The position numbers and the translations under genes are program-made. From positions 1 through 64,000 of the forward strand of contig NIVC01000843.1 in the NCBI GenBank assembly GCA_002269645.1: DNA of 64,000 nt. The letters are read 5' to 3'. The DNA comes from Macrostomum lignano (lineage: Eukaryota). This document shows, piece by piece, positions 13,701 through 25,155 of the stretch (position 1 is its first letter; every line of letters starts with the position of its first letter). The notes under the pieces are model-generated. The model saw only the letters and a list, made by a program, of their open reading frames with translations, did not search any database and was not told the DNA's origin.

Positions 13701-16554
13701 CTTACAACAATGGTGGCAGTATTGCAGATACGGACGAGGGCATTGAAGTCGTGCTAAAACGCTACGAACATCTGTTAGGCTTGCTGGATCCTGAGGAAGC
13801 ATTGAAATTTCGATCGCCTATTCGTCGTTCATTGGTTGCTATGGAAACCGATGCTCAATTATTTGTTGCGATGAATTATGCTCGAGTATTGAAGATGAAA
13901 TTGTCAAAGAATTTTCCGTCTTCAACTCTGATTGATTTAGCGTCTCGGTTGAGCAGCCCTCTATCCGGTGTTCAACTATTGACCTTCATTGTTACTGAGA
14001 CTGCAGAAGTCAGCGCAGACCTCGTCCATAGTCTTTGTCGCGAACTAAGACCTCTACTGAGATCGCCTTGTCCGGCCATGCTATCGGCTGCCGCGGCAAA
14101 ATTAATCGACTCAATCGATTGGAAACAGATTGCACCTTTGTCCGTCTCGGAGCTAACGTCCATTGTGTGTCGAGCACCGGACTCTCTGCCTCTGCTGCGC
14201 TCCGTTTGCTCGGTTCTGACCAACTGCGATCGGCTGCCAGACGCCTGCGCTCTGTGCTTGGATTGCGCAAAATTTCATCAGCCAACTAGTCCAGCGTTTT
14301 GGCTCGATCTGAGTTTGCAATTGTTGCAAACAGCTCATCCGGGTTTGTTCTTTTGCGACTGGCGCCGACACCCAGCCTGGATTTTCTTTTTATTCAGAAA
14401 TGTCTCCTAATGGCGGCGTTGGTGCCTTTTGTCGGGATTTTAGGGATTTTTATCCCTATGGTTTCTAGGGGAGGACTTGAAGGGTTTTGAATCCTAGTAT
14501 CCATTGGGATTTTTATCCCTATGGTTTCTAGGGAGGACTTGAAGAATCTTCAAGCCTAGTAGCTATTGGGATTTTCATCCCCATTGTTCCTAGGGGCCTT
14601 ATAGGATCCTAAATCCCTGTAGCTATTGAGACTTTTATCCCCATTGTTCCTAGGGCCTTATAGGATCCTAAACCCCTGTAGCTTTTGGGATTTTTATCCC
14701 TATTGTTCCTTGGAACCTTGCAGGATCCTCAATCCTTGTAGCTATTGGGATTTTTATCCCCATTGTTCCTAGGGGCCTTGTAGGATCCTCAATCCTTGTA
14801 GCTATTGGGATTTTTATCCCCATTGTTCCTAGGGGCCTTGTAGGATCCTCAATCCTTGTAGCTATTGGGATTTTTATCCCCATTGTTCCTTGGCACCTTG
14901 TAGTATCCTTGATCCTTGTAGCTATATTGAGATTTTTATCCCCATTGTTCCTAGGGGCCTTGTAGGATCCTCAATCCTTGTAGCTATTGGGATTTTTATC
15001 CCCATTGTTCCTTGGGACCTTGTAGGATCCTTAATCCTTGTAGCTATTGGGATTATTACCCCTATGGATTTTAGAGACTTTGAGGATTTTCAAACCTAGT
15101 ACTCGTAGCTGTTGGGATTTTATCCCACAGTTTGTAGATTTCCTAATTCTTGGTAGTTCGGTTAACTGTTGTGAAAATTAAAAGTACAATAACCTTAAAC
15201 AGAAGAAGATAAACTCAACACAAGCAATTCACAGCGCAGAAATGCATTCAACTGGCCATCTCATCGTATCTTAGGCGCCGTTCGACCTCAATTGGACCTG
15301 TTGGAACGCGGCTTGCAACTGTTGCCGTTGTGCCGACGTCTGTGGCTGACGGCTGTGCATCTGGCTGAGTCGGCGGGACTGCATCGGACGGTTGATCGGC
15401 TGCGGGCTGGCATGGCTACCAGGCTGGGTGCTGAGCCCACTACCGGGTGAGTGAAGTTATGCTCTTTCTTATGGGGGCAGTCGTAGCGTATTTTGCTATT
15501 TTCTTGCTCTAATCGTGTTTTTTTATGTGATATTTGATGATTAAATGGGGTAATCATATGGGGTAATTCGGTAATCAGATGGGGTAATTCGGTAATCATA
15601 TGAGGTAATTCGGTAATCATATGGGGTAATTCGGTAATCATATAGGGTAATTCGGTAATCAGATGGGGTAATTCGGTAATCAGATGGGGTAATTCGGTAA
15701 TCATATGGGGGAATTCGGTAATCATATGGGGTAATTCGGTAATCATATGGGGGAATTCGGTAATCAGATGGGGTAATTCGGTAATCAGATGGGGTAATTC
15801 GGTAATCATATGGGGGAATTCGGTAATCATATGGGGTAATTTGGTAATCATGTGGGGTAATTTGGTAATCATGTGAGGTAATTTGGTAATCATATGGGGT
15901 GATTCGGTAATCATGTGGGGGATTCGGTAATCATATGGGGTAATTTGGTAATCATGTGGGGTAATTTGGTAATCATGTGGGTTAATTTGGTAATCATGTG
16001 GGGTAATTTGGTAATCATGTGGGGTAATTTGGTAATCATGTGGGGTAATTCGGTAATCATATGGGGTAATTTTGTAATCATATGAGGTAATTTGGTAATC
16101 ATATGGGGTGATTCGGTAATCATATTGGAAATTCGATTTTAAAATTATATGGGATAATTCGGTAAAACAGTTTCAGTTGTTGAAGAAACCCTCATTTTGC
16201 TTTTCTTTTGCCTGTCCTTTCTGCTTTCATTTTTCAGTCTAGAAATGATTGACAGGTAAGTCCTGCTGCACTACGATATTGTATACGCGCACTGGATGGT
16301 AGTTAGTTGTAAATTTGTGCAACTGATACTTACACTGATCTGTTTGTATGCTTTAAGTGATTTTTATTGTCGTCTGCACTCTGTGTAACCAGATAAATTT
16401 CGTATACTTAATGTCGTGACAAAGAAGGTCAGCGTGACAAAAAAGGTTATTATAACATTTAAGGTCATTTATTTTTTATTACAGTACATCCGAGGGCGTT
16501 GCGTCTGCTTTAGTTGGTGCGAAAGCTTCTTTAACTAATCAGAAGGACGAATGA
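7722..16554 (+). CDS. ZFC3H1: ZFC3H1-like (PAXT/exosome adaptor) protein. Coding exons 7722-7764, 8236-9952, 10416-11048, 12063-12833, 13285-~14420, 15235-15446, 16238-16255, 16485-16554
   Basis: zf-C3H1 motif PLCPFGLHGSCRDPSCEYQH. FVICLGDSDSDS is like the ZFC3H1 VVVTLNDSDDS motif. The helical C-terminus LLERGLQLLPLCRRLW is like ZFC3H1 RAxQKLPLCASLW. All junctions are phase-compatible except the ~14420/15235 one, which is unresolved. One extra G at 15404-15406. Confidence 0.75.
12885..13165. repeat. Degenerate short-unit repeat (GTACCTGTACTAG/GTACAAGT-type) in a ZFC3H1 intron
   Basis: Many GTAC-centred, partly palindromic units. Confidence 0.75.
14430..15120. repeat. 60-bp minisatellite in a ZFC3H1 intron
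   Basis: Consecutive 60-nt lines from 14701 onward are nearly identical. Confidence 0.95.
15545..16160. repeat. 21-bp minisatellite (GGGGTAATTCGGTAATCATAT) in a ZFC3H1 intron
   Basis: Direct repeats; MITELPH periodic pseudo-ORF on the minus strand. Confidence 0.95.
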
Positions 16555-17224
16555 ATGATTGTTTTATAGTAAACAGGTGAGTCATTGATTGAGGCAGGTG
16601 CTAAACTTTTAAACTTGACCAATTGCTGCTTAATTTAAAAGATTTTTAAGGATCGTCTCCCCGATGTCGAGCTTCGAAGATCTTTAAAAGGCTTGCTTGT
16701 CGTCCGAACGTGCTCAAATCTCTTCTTCATCCAAGAAATCAACATTCACTGTTTTCACAAGAAAAAAAAACTGATTAATGATTATTTTTTTATATTTCTC
16801 TCGCGATTAACTACTGGTAATTAGTATCCATATTGGTAGTTGTATGTTGATTTATAATATTTAGCTTAATTTTATGCAAGTAAAGTGAATTGAAATATAA
16901 TTTATTCAGTAATTGTAAGCATTGTTTAGCGCCAGTGCCGTAAAAAGACAGTCTGCTAACAATGTATTCAATAATTGTTATCAGCAAAACTTTCAAATTT
17001 ATTTTTTTTCAAATCTGTAACAATTTGTCTGTTGCTTCTATTATGTTTGCTTTGCTGCTTTGCTTCAAATCTCTGTTGTCATTTTTCAAGACCTATCAAA
17101 CGTTATATAAATGAAATATATTATTTCACCTGTTTTTATTAAAACTAGCTTAACTTGATTTGCTGTTTAGTTTTATTCATTTAATCAATTTTCCATTCAT
17201 ACAATTATGCAGATTACACTCTGT

Positions 17225-17797
17225 AGACCTTTGCTACACTCCCAATCTCCCTACAACAGCATTTCCCCACAAACCCAATCTCCCTACAACAGCATTTCCC
17301 TACACTCCTAATCTCCTTACAACATCATTTCCCTACACTCCTAATCTCCCTACAACAGCATTTCCCTACACTCCTAATCCCCCTACAACAGCATTTCCCT
17401 ACACTCCTAATCTCCCTACAACAGCACTTCCCTACAAACCCAATCTCGCTACAACAGCATTTCCCTACAAACCCAATCTCCCTACAACATCATTTCCCTA
17501 CACTCCTAATCTCCCTACAACAGCATTTCCCTACAAACCCAATCTCCCTACAACATCATTTCCCTACACTCCTAATCTCCCTACAACAGCATTTCCCTAC
17601 AAACCCAATCTCCCTACAACATCATTTCCCTACATTCCCTATATCCCTACAACATCATTTCCCTACATTCCCTATCTCCCTACAATAGCATTTCCCTACA
17701 AACCCAATCTCCCTACAACAGCATTTCCCTACATTCCCTATCTCCCTACAACATCATTTCCCTACATTCCCTATCTCCCTACAACAGCATTTCCCTA
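17225..17797. repeat. 33-bp minisatellite between ZFC3H1 and ASTE1
   Basis: 11-aa periodic pseudo-ORF YTPNLPTTAFP. Confidence 0.95.
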
Positions 17798-17937
17798 ATA
17801 GCATTTTAATGCGTTCAACTATAATTAGAATAAAATTATCATAAATAGAAGGTGCAAGAATTAATTAATTTTTCCACCTAATTAATTCCAGCCAAGTATT
17901 TGATCAAGTTTTAAATTAACAAAATCTTCCGGTAGAC

Positions 17938-18377
17938 ATGGGTGTCCCAGGCTTATTAAACTACATACTGGAGCATCGCGACTGTTGCGTAGAATACGTG
18001 GATCTGATCGAGCGGGCCCGCCTACAGCAGCCCTCAGCCTCGATTGATCTCTTAGTAGACTTTCACGCCTTCGCTAATTATCTACTGGGTAAGTTTAACG
18101 CCAGCCTGTCTATGGCCAATCCCTATGCCAGCGTACAAGGCGGAGAGTACGGCCTGTTGGATGCCTGGCTGCGTCAGTTGATCGCCGATTTAAAAGCTGT
18201 TGGTGTTAATTTAATTTGGCACGTCGACGCTGCCAGGGGTTGTTGTGGCAAAACCGACGCTCAAAGAAGCCGCCTGTGGATGCATCGACTGAGACAGGAG
18301 GTGCAACGAAGAACAGAAGTTCTTAGGTTGGTGCTCTGAATGATATTCCTCTGACTCCTGAGACTTTGACTTTTTAA

Positions 18378-18431
<54 letters not shown>

Positions 18432-21400
18432 CACGCACTCAGGAAGCTTTGAGCACAGATACTAAAACAGCTAGATGGGCCACTCAGGCATATATACTTA
18501 GTAAAACAGCTTTCTACTTTCAGTTCAGTAGCAAAGAAGAATGCATAAGCTATTTTATTAAAAACAAGGTGGCTGACATTGCTTTGATAAGTTTAGAAGC
18601 CCAAAGCTTGCAGGCGTAAACAACTTGCTAATTGGTTCAGCAATAATGTACATTAGCCAGTCCACTGAAATGTACATGGCCGCTTTAGGCTGGAATTCCC
18701 GAGGAAGGCAATAAAAATTGGGGTGGCGGGGGGGGGTAGAGTGGAAAGAAAGGCGCGGTTGGAGGTTTAAGTGGGGGGGTAAGAGCAGTAAATGAACCTT
18801 GGCTTTAAAATATATTAAAATGCTTCCGTTTAACTTACTACTGAACTGAAAGTAGCTTACACGCAAATGTGCTGAGTGGCCCATCTAGTTATTCTAGAAT
18901 CTATGGTTTTGAGCTACTGAAAAAAATCGCTTCACTATTCCCCCCCCCCCCTGCAGATGGTGCTCAGGCTACGCTTCAGACTCCGGAGTTGCACCTGATC
19001 CATCGATTCGCCCAGTCTGTTTAGAACAGCAAATGCTAGCCAGCATAAGGGCAAGCGGTTGTCCTGTACACCAGGCTGTGCGAGGTGAAGCAGATTATAA
19101 TCTGGCTCAGGCACTGCTCACGAACCGGCAAGCGCTAGCAGTATTGAGCAACGACTCAGATCTGTGCGTATTTCGCGACAGCGTACTATTACCAACCGAA
19201 CTATTCGATTTACACGGCGATTTAGGCTTAGGCAAAGAGCCGCAATCCATTAGCCAAGGACCACTAACAGAGCGACCATTGCGACTAGTTGTTGGATTGG
19301 TGTCCGGTCCTAACGTGCTTAAACTGCTGGGCTTCGATCGTTGGGATTTACTATTGGATTTAAGTGTCATCATGGGCAACGATTTTACTGGCCCGTTGCT
19401 AGGCAACCGAGATAGACTTGGCAACCAGCTAGGCGTCAGAGATGCCGTGGCTGTTTGCAAACCTGAGCAGTCTGGTGATGCTGGAGGGCCGCGCTTGATG
19501 GTGAGTGGAGTTTGAGCTGTGTTCTACTGATTTTAATACTACTACTACTACTACAACTATTACTACTTTACTACTACTGCTACTGCTACTATCCCTACTA
19601 CTACCACTAATACTACTCCACTAATACTAGTACTTATAGTATTTACCTTTTCTCCTACTATCAGTAGGCTATCTCTGGAATTTTATTTAGTTTCGCTTGC
19701 AACACCTGTAAAACGTTGGCCTCTCCAACTAGAATTTTTATTCTTAACAGCTCGCCGACATCGCCGCCTGGCTTCGCTCAATCAATGGTCTGGCTAATAG
19801 TCGCGAGTTCGAACGCCGTCTAGCCAACGATCAGCGACTCCGGTCTGCTGTTGAGCATTCTCGCCAATTCTACTGCCTGATGCTGGTTGAAGGCGTCGAA
19901 TCCTTATCATCGTCGGTTTCTCGGTGTCCGTTGGAGGCTCATCTAGAGGCCGGCGTGAAAGAGGGGCGCTACGCTTCCGCGCTGGTTGCCCTGCGGCGCG
20001 GTCGCTATTGGCGACGCGTCTGCCTTGAGGACGACACGCCCGGGCATCCGTCTGCTGAGGAGGGCGCCGCCGCACAACTGCGCGACTGGGCGCACCGATG
20101 CGCGCTCAGGGATGGCGAGCCCGATTCCAGGTAAAACTCTAACCCAACCACTTCTCCACAAATGTACACTCTCTCTAGCCCAACCACTTCTCCACAAATG
20201 TACACTCTCTCTAGCCCAACCACTTCTCCACAAATGTACACTCTCTCTAGCCCAACCACTTCTCCACAAATGTACACTCTCTCTAGCCCAACCACTTCTC
20301 CACAAATGTACACTCTCTCTAGCCCAACCACTCCTCCACAAATGTACACTCTCTCTAGCCCAACCACTTCTCCACAAATGTACACTCTCTCTAGCCCAAC
20401 CACTCCCCCACAAATGTACACTCTCTCTAGCCCAACCACTCCAAAAATGTACTCTCTCTCTAGCCCAACCCCTCCTCCCGAATGTACACTTTCTAGACCA
20501 ACCCTCCTCTTCAATTTACACTTCTCTAGCCTAACCACGCCTCCCCAATGTACGTACACTCTTGACCAACCCCTACCCCTCCAACGTACACTTCTCTAGC
20601 CTAATCACGGCTCCCAAATGTACATTCTCTAGCCCAACCCCTCCTCCCCAATGTACACCTTCTCTAGCCCAACCACTCCACAAATGTACACTCTTTTTAG
20701 CCCAACTCCTCCCCAATGTACAATTTGTATAGCCCAACACCCCTCCGATGTACACTCAAACCCAGACTCCTCAGACTAATTTCCTACTACTAAAACCGCA
20801 GGGAAGAGTTCGATCCCAGAGAAGGCGGTCATTGGCGCCAAATGCGCGCCTCTCCGCGCCAAGTTCGCGGCATCAATCTGGCGCCGCTAGACACTCGTCA
20901 TCGTTCAATCGGTGAAGCTTCGGCCACGTTCTGTGCTCTGCTCGGCCTGCCGGACGCGTCGCGCGCCTACGGTTGGCGCTACGGCGCCATGTGCGCCGCG
21001 TTGCGTCACTTCCTAGCGGCTAACTGCGGCCGACTGCTTGGGCTCGATCTGGACGAGGCTCTGTCGATTCTGCTGCCAGCGCTGGGCCTGCATCTGGTCC
21101 GGCCGGCTTGGTACGCCAGCTTGCCGTTGAGGCCGTCGGTTCGTTGCGTCACCGTGGCTTCGGCCTGGCTGGCCAGCGTCCGGTCCGCCTTCCAGATCCT
21201 GGCGCCGGCTATGGGGCTGCCAGCTGGTGAGATCCCCACCCCTGCTGAGGCCTTCAGCGGCGGCGTGTTTGCGGCTCTGTTCATGCTGCGGGCTCACGGC
21301 GGCGCCGGGCTTCGGCACCTGCCTGCCGAGGACTGCGATCGGATTCAACGGGATCGGAGACGCTTGATTAAAGAGAAACGACACGTTTTGAGCAGGATTT

Positions 21401-21435
21401 TGGACGGGTTGTATGAGTTTGACGAACGGGCATGA
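17938..21435 (+). CDS. ASTE1: Asteroid homolog 1-like PIN/XPG-family nuclease. Exons 17938-18326, 18957-19500, 19751-20130, 20802-21435
   Basis: N-terminal MGVPGL..LLVD motif, GGEY..L..F/L, and acidic motifs GEAD and SNDSD of the XPG/FEN-like PIN fold. All three introns are GT-AG and phase-compatible (2, 0, 2). Confidence 0.8.
18383..18430. repeat. (AG)n microsatellite in ASTE1 intron 1
   Basis: Seen directly. Confidence 0.95.
19535..19640. repeat. (TAC)n microsatellite in ASTE1 intron 2
   Basis: Seen directly. Confidence 0.9.
20135..20760. repeat. 36-bp minisatellite filling ASTE1 intron 3
   Basis: 12-aa periodic pseudo-ORFs; starts within a few nt of the donor at 20131. Confidence 0.95.
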
Positions 21436-21469
21436 GTTCTTTTATATGTAGCTTTCATTTTGTTTTCTC

Positions 21470-21780
21470 CCAAATCCTCAGTTGCTGGGCTGCCAGCCTC
21501 CCAGATCCTCAGTTGCTGGGCCAGCCTCCGATCCTCAGTTGCTGGGCCAGCCTCTCCGATCCTCAGTTGCTGGGCCAGCCTCCGATCCTCAGTTGCTGGG
21601 CCAGCCTCTCCGATCCTCAGTTGCTGGGCCTCTCCGATCCTCAGTTTCTGGGCCAGCCTCTCCGATCCTCAGTTTCTGGGCCAGCCTCTCCGATCCTCAG
21701 TTTCTGGGCCAGCCTCTCAGATCCTCAGTTGCTGGGCCAGCCTCCCAGATCCTCAGTTGCTGGGCAGCCTTCCAGATCTC
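21470..21780. repeat. 28-30-bp minisatellite (TCCGATCCTCAGTTGCTGGGCCAGCCTC) just 3' of the ASTE1 stop
   Basis: Direct repeats. Confidence 0.9.
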
Positions 21781-22134
21781 CAGTCTAAAGGACAGGACCA
21801 CCTTCCGAGACCTACTAGAATATTAGCTTCAAATCATTGATAGGCTTTTAATTAAGCAATCGTTAGAAAGCGATTGTAAAAAATGGGTTCATTTTACTCG
21901 ATTCTTTCTGCATTTAGTTTCTAGTCTGTAATTAGACAACAATCAGACGTCTCAGTTTTTTTAGACTGTTTTTGTCGTGGTGCTAATTGTAAAAACTCCC
22001 TGTTATTAATGTACAAATACATTTCTTCAGCAGTGCAGTCAGCGTTTTCACATTAATAGTGGATATATTTCTTTTGTGCATTGCATAAGTAGCTTGTAGA
22101 AAATTTTATAGAATATGAAAGCCCTGTCTTTCGG

Positions 22135-22241
22135 TCTGCCTGTCTGTCTGTCTGTCTGTCTCTGTCTGTCTCTGTCTGTCTGTCTCCATCTGTCTTAGTG
22201 TCAGTGTCTGTCTGTCTTAGTGTCTGTCTGTCTTTCTGCCC

Positions 22242-22293
<52 letters not shown>

Positions 22294-22375
22294 TAGTGCT
22301 TGTCTGTCTGTCTGTCTGTCTCTGTCTGTCTTAGTGTCTGTCTGTCTGTCATTCTGTCTGTCTGTCTGCCTGTCC
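22135..22375. repeat. (TGTC)n microsatellite upstream of CNEP1R1
   Basis: Seen directly; it inflates ORF 22220-22891 at the N-terminus. Confidence 0.95.
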
Positions 22376-22498
22376 GCAATACTCAGACATGAAATCAGTG
22401 ATCCCAAATCGCCCTACAAATCACACATCGCCATCCAATGCATGCCAACTGTAACCCAGCCCTCCTGTACTGTAGCCGCAGCGTCAGCCATAGCAGAC

Positions 22499-22891
22499 AT
22501 GCAGACTGCCCACCTAACCCAAGAGCAGACGCACGAAGACCTGAAAGCATTCGAGCGTCGGTTAACAGAAGTGATGTCGCATTTTCAACCCAGCACCAGA
22601 CTGTGGCGCTACGGCTGGGTGCTGGTGCTGCTAATGCTGATTGTGAGCGCGTGCATGTGGCTTAGCGACCCCCTGACCTACAGTTCAACTTCAGTTTGCG
22701 AACAGCTAGCCAGACACCCGTTCTTCTTTCTGGTGCTGCTAGTTGCTGTGCTGCTGTTTGCCGCCGGCGCTCACAACAGAGTTGCCACTCCGTCTATCAT
22801 GGCTAGCAGGACGCGGTTAGTGCTGGCCGAGTACAACATGTCCTGCGACGATAGCGGCAAGCTAATATTGAAGCCTAGGCCGGCCACTTGA
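22499..22891 (+). CDS. CNEP1R1: CTD nuclear envelope phosphatase 1 regulatory subunit (Spo7/TMEM188 family), intronless
   Basis: EDLKAFERRLTE, HPFF and VLAEYNMSCDDSGKLILKPRP are nearly identical to known CNEP1R1. An alternative in-frame ATG lies at 22442. Confidence 0.93.
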   Translation: MQTAHLTQEQTHEDLKAFERRLTEVMSHFQPSTRLWRYGWVLVLLMLIVSACMWLSDPLTYSSTSVCEQLARHPFFFLVLLVAVLLFAAGAHNRVATPSIMASRTRLVLAEYNMSCDDSGKLILKPRPAT

Positions 22892-22994
22892 CTAGTGTAT
22901 CTATATATTCTGCTCATTTTTGTTTATTTGTTTTAAATTGGTAACTTCCGATTTGATTTTGTGTCGTCTAACTGGTTTCCCTTATCCCCATTAA

Positions 22995-23745
22995 AAAATT
23001 CTGATCCCAAGTAGATCCCGAATCTCGAATCCCAATTCAAGTAGATCCCGATCCCAAATCCCAATCCAAAGTAGATCCCGATCCCAAATCCCAATCCAAA
23101 GTAGATCCCGATCCCAAATCCTAATCCAAAGTAGATCCCGATCCCAAATCCTAATCCAAAGTAGATCCCGATCCCAAATCCTAATCTAAAGTGGATCCCG
23201 ATCTTAAATCCCAATCCAAATTAAGATCCCGATTTCAAATCCCAATTCAAAGTAGATCCCGATTTCAAATCCTAATCCAAAGTAGATCCCGATCCCAAAT
23301 CCCAATTTAAAGTGGATCCCGATCCCAAATCCCAATCCAAAGTAGATTCCGATCCCAAATCCCAATTCAAAATAGATCCCAATCCCAAATCCTAATCCCG
23401 ATTAGATCCCGATCCCAAATCCAAAACCAAAATCGATCACGATCCTCAAGTCCCAGTCCTAAGTAGATCCCGATCCCAAATACCAATCCAAAGTAGATCC
23501 CGATCCCAAATCCCAATCCAAAGTAGATCCCAATCCCAAATCCTAATCCCGATTAGATCCCGATCCCAAATCCAAATCCAAAATCGATCACGATCCTCAA
23601 GTCCCAGTCCTAAGTAGATCCCGATCCCAAATCCCAATCCAAAGTAGATCCCGATCCCAAATCCTAATCCCGATTAGATCCCGATCCCAAATCCAAATCC
23701 AAAATCGATCACGATCCTCAAGTCCCAGTCCTAAGTAGATCCATT
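22995..23745. repeat. 30-bp minisatellite (AAAGTAGATCCCGATCCCAAATCCCAATCC)
   Basis: 10-aa periodic pseudo-ORF FGIGIYFGLG. Confidence 0.95.
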
Positions 23746-23994
23746 ACATCCCAATCATCAAATCTACAATCTTGTGTCCTGTCTGCCTCCATTGTCAATT
23801 CAGTCATTTTTATTTTAATTTTTAGCTAAAATTTAGACAGTAAAATCAAAAGAACTTGTTCAGATTATTGTTAATTATTATCATGTACAGCTTAAACAGA
23901 CGTGGCTTTAACTATCGATTTAATAGTGTACTTTTATTTCGTTGTTTATTTCCTGCACGCTGCCCTTTAATTTGCATCAACAATTATTTAATAA

Positions 23995-24142
23995 ATTTCA
24001 TAAATGAAACAACCCTATTCTATATATATTCAACAATTATAAAAATAACAATAACAATAACAATTAACAATATATATATAATTATAATATAATTAACTAA
24101 TTGTTGTATATATATGGAATAGGGTTGTTTCATTTATGAAAT
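23995..24142. repeat. AT-rich inverted repeat/hairpin with perfect 26-bp arms
   Basis: ATTTCATAAATGAAACAACCCTATTC (23995-24020) and its exact reverse complement (24117-24142). Confidence 0.85.
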
Positions 24143-24589
24143 CGCATTACTTACTGCGCTGTTATTGTGTGTGTAAGTAGGTAATATGTATGCATTTTAT
24201 TCACTACTAGAATCATGAAGCTATAAGTAGTTTGACACTGATACAAGCCTGAGTTTTAAGTTAATTTAGATAATTAATTTTAATCTATCATTTGAAAAAA
24301 TAGCTTTCTGTGTTTATTAACTTTTGACGATTGTTTCTGTCAATTCCTACTGTAAGTAGTGCTACTGTTAATTGCTTATAACATGTGATTTCCTGTTTTT
24401 AACTATCAACTTAAGCTGGTAAACAGGCTGCGGACTGGCGATGTGGAAGAAGATTATTTTATTGGCTTGGGTGCCAGATTATTTGCTTTTGGTGTTCTTA
24501 CTTTTTTCAGATCCTTAACCAGTCCCGTAGATCCTGCATCCGATTCCCGTTTTCAATTTATGGATCCCATTAATTGTTCAAATCACATT

Positions 24590-25030
24590 TTAGTTTATAG
24601 ATCCCCATATACTCAAATCCCCTCTCAGTTTTTAGATCCCCATATTCAAATCCCCTCTCAGTTTATAGATCCCCATATATTCAATCCCATATCAGTTTAA
24701 AGATCCCCAAATATTCAATCCCCTCTCAGTTTATAGATCCCCATATATTCAATCCCCTCTCAGTTTTTAGATCCCCACATATTCGAATCCCATATCAGTT
24801 TAAAGATCCCAAATATTCAATCCCCTCTCAGTTTATAGATCCCCATATTCAAATCCCATATCAGTTTAAAGATCCCCAAATATTCAATCCCCTCTCAGTT
24901 TAAAGATCCCCAAATATTCAATCCCCTCTCAGTTTATAGATCCCCATATATTCAATCCCCTCTCAGTTTTTAGATCCCCACATTTTCGAATCCCATTTCA
25001 GCTTATAAATCCCAATTTTCAAATCCCCCT
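24590..25030. repeat. ~33-34-bp minisatellite upstream of the SR-protein CDS
   Basis: Repeated TTCAATCCCCTCTCAGTTTATAGATCCCCATA. Confidence 0.9.
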
Positions 25031-25155
25031 AAACATCCTCATCTTATTATCTGAAATAATTTCGAACCATTCCTGCATCCAGTGCAAAAGCATCAGCCAA
25101 CCGATTGATTGACAGCTGTTATTAAATTGTAATCAAATCCAATCAATTGCCAGCC

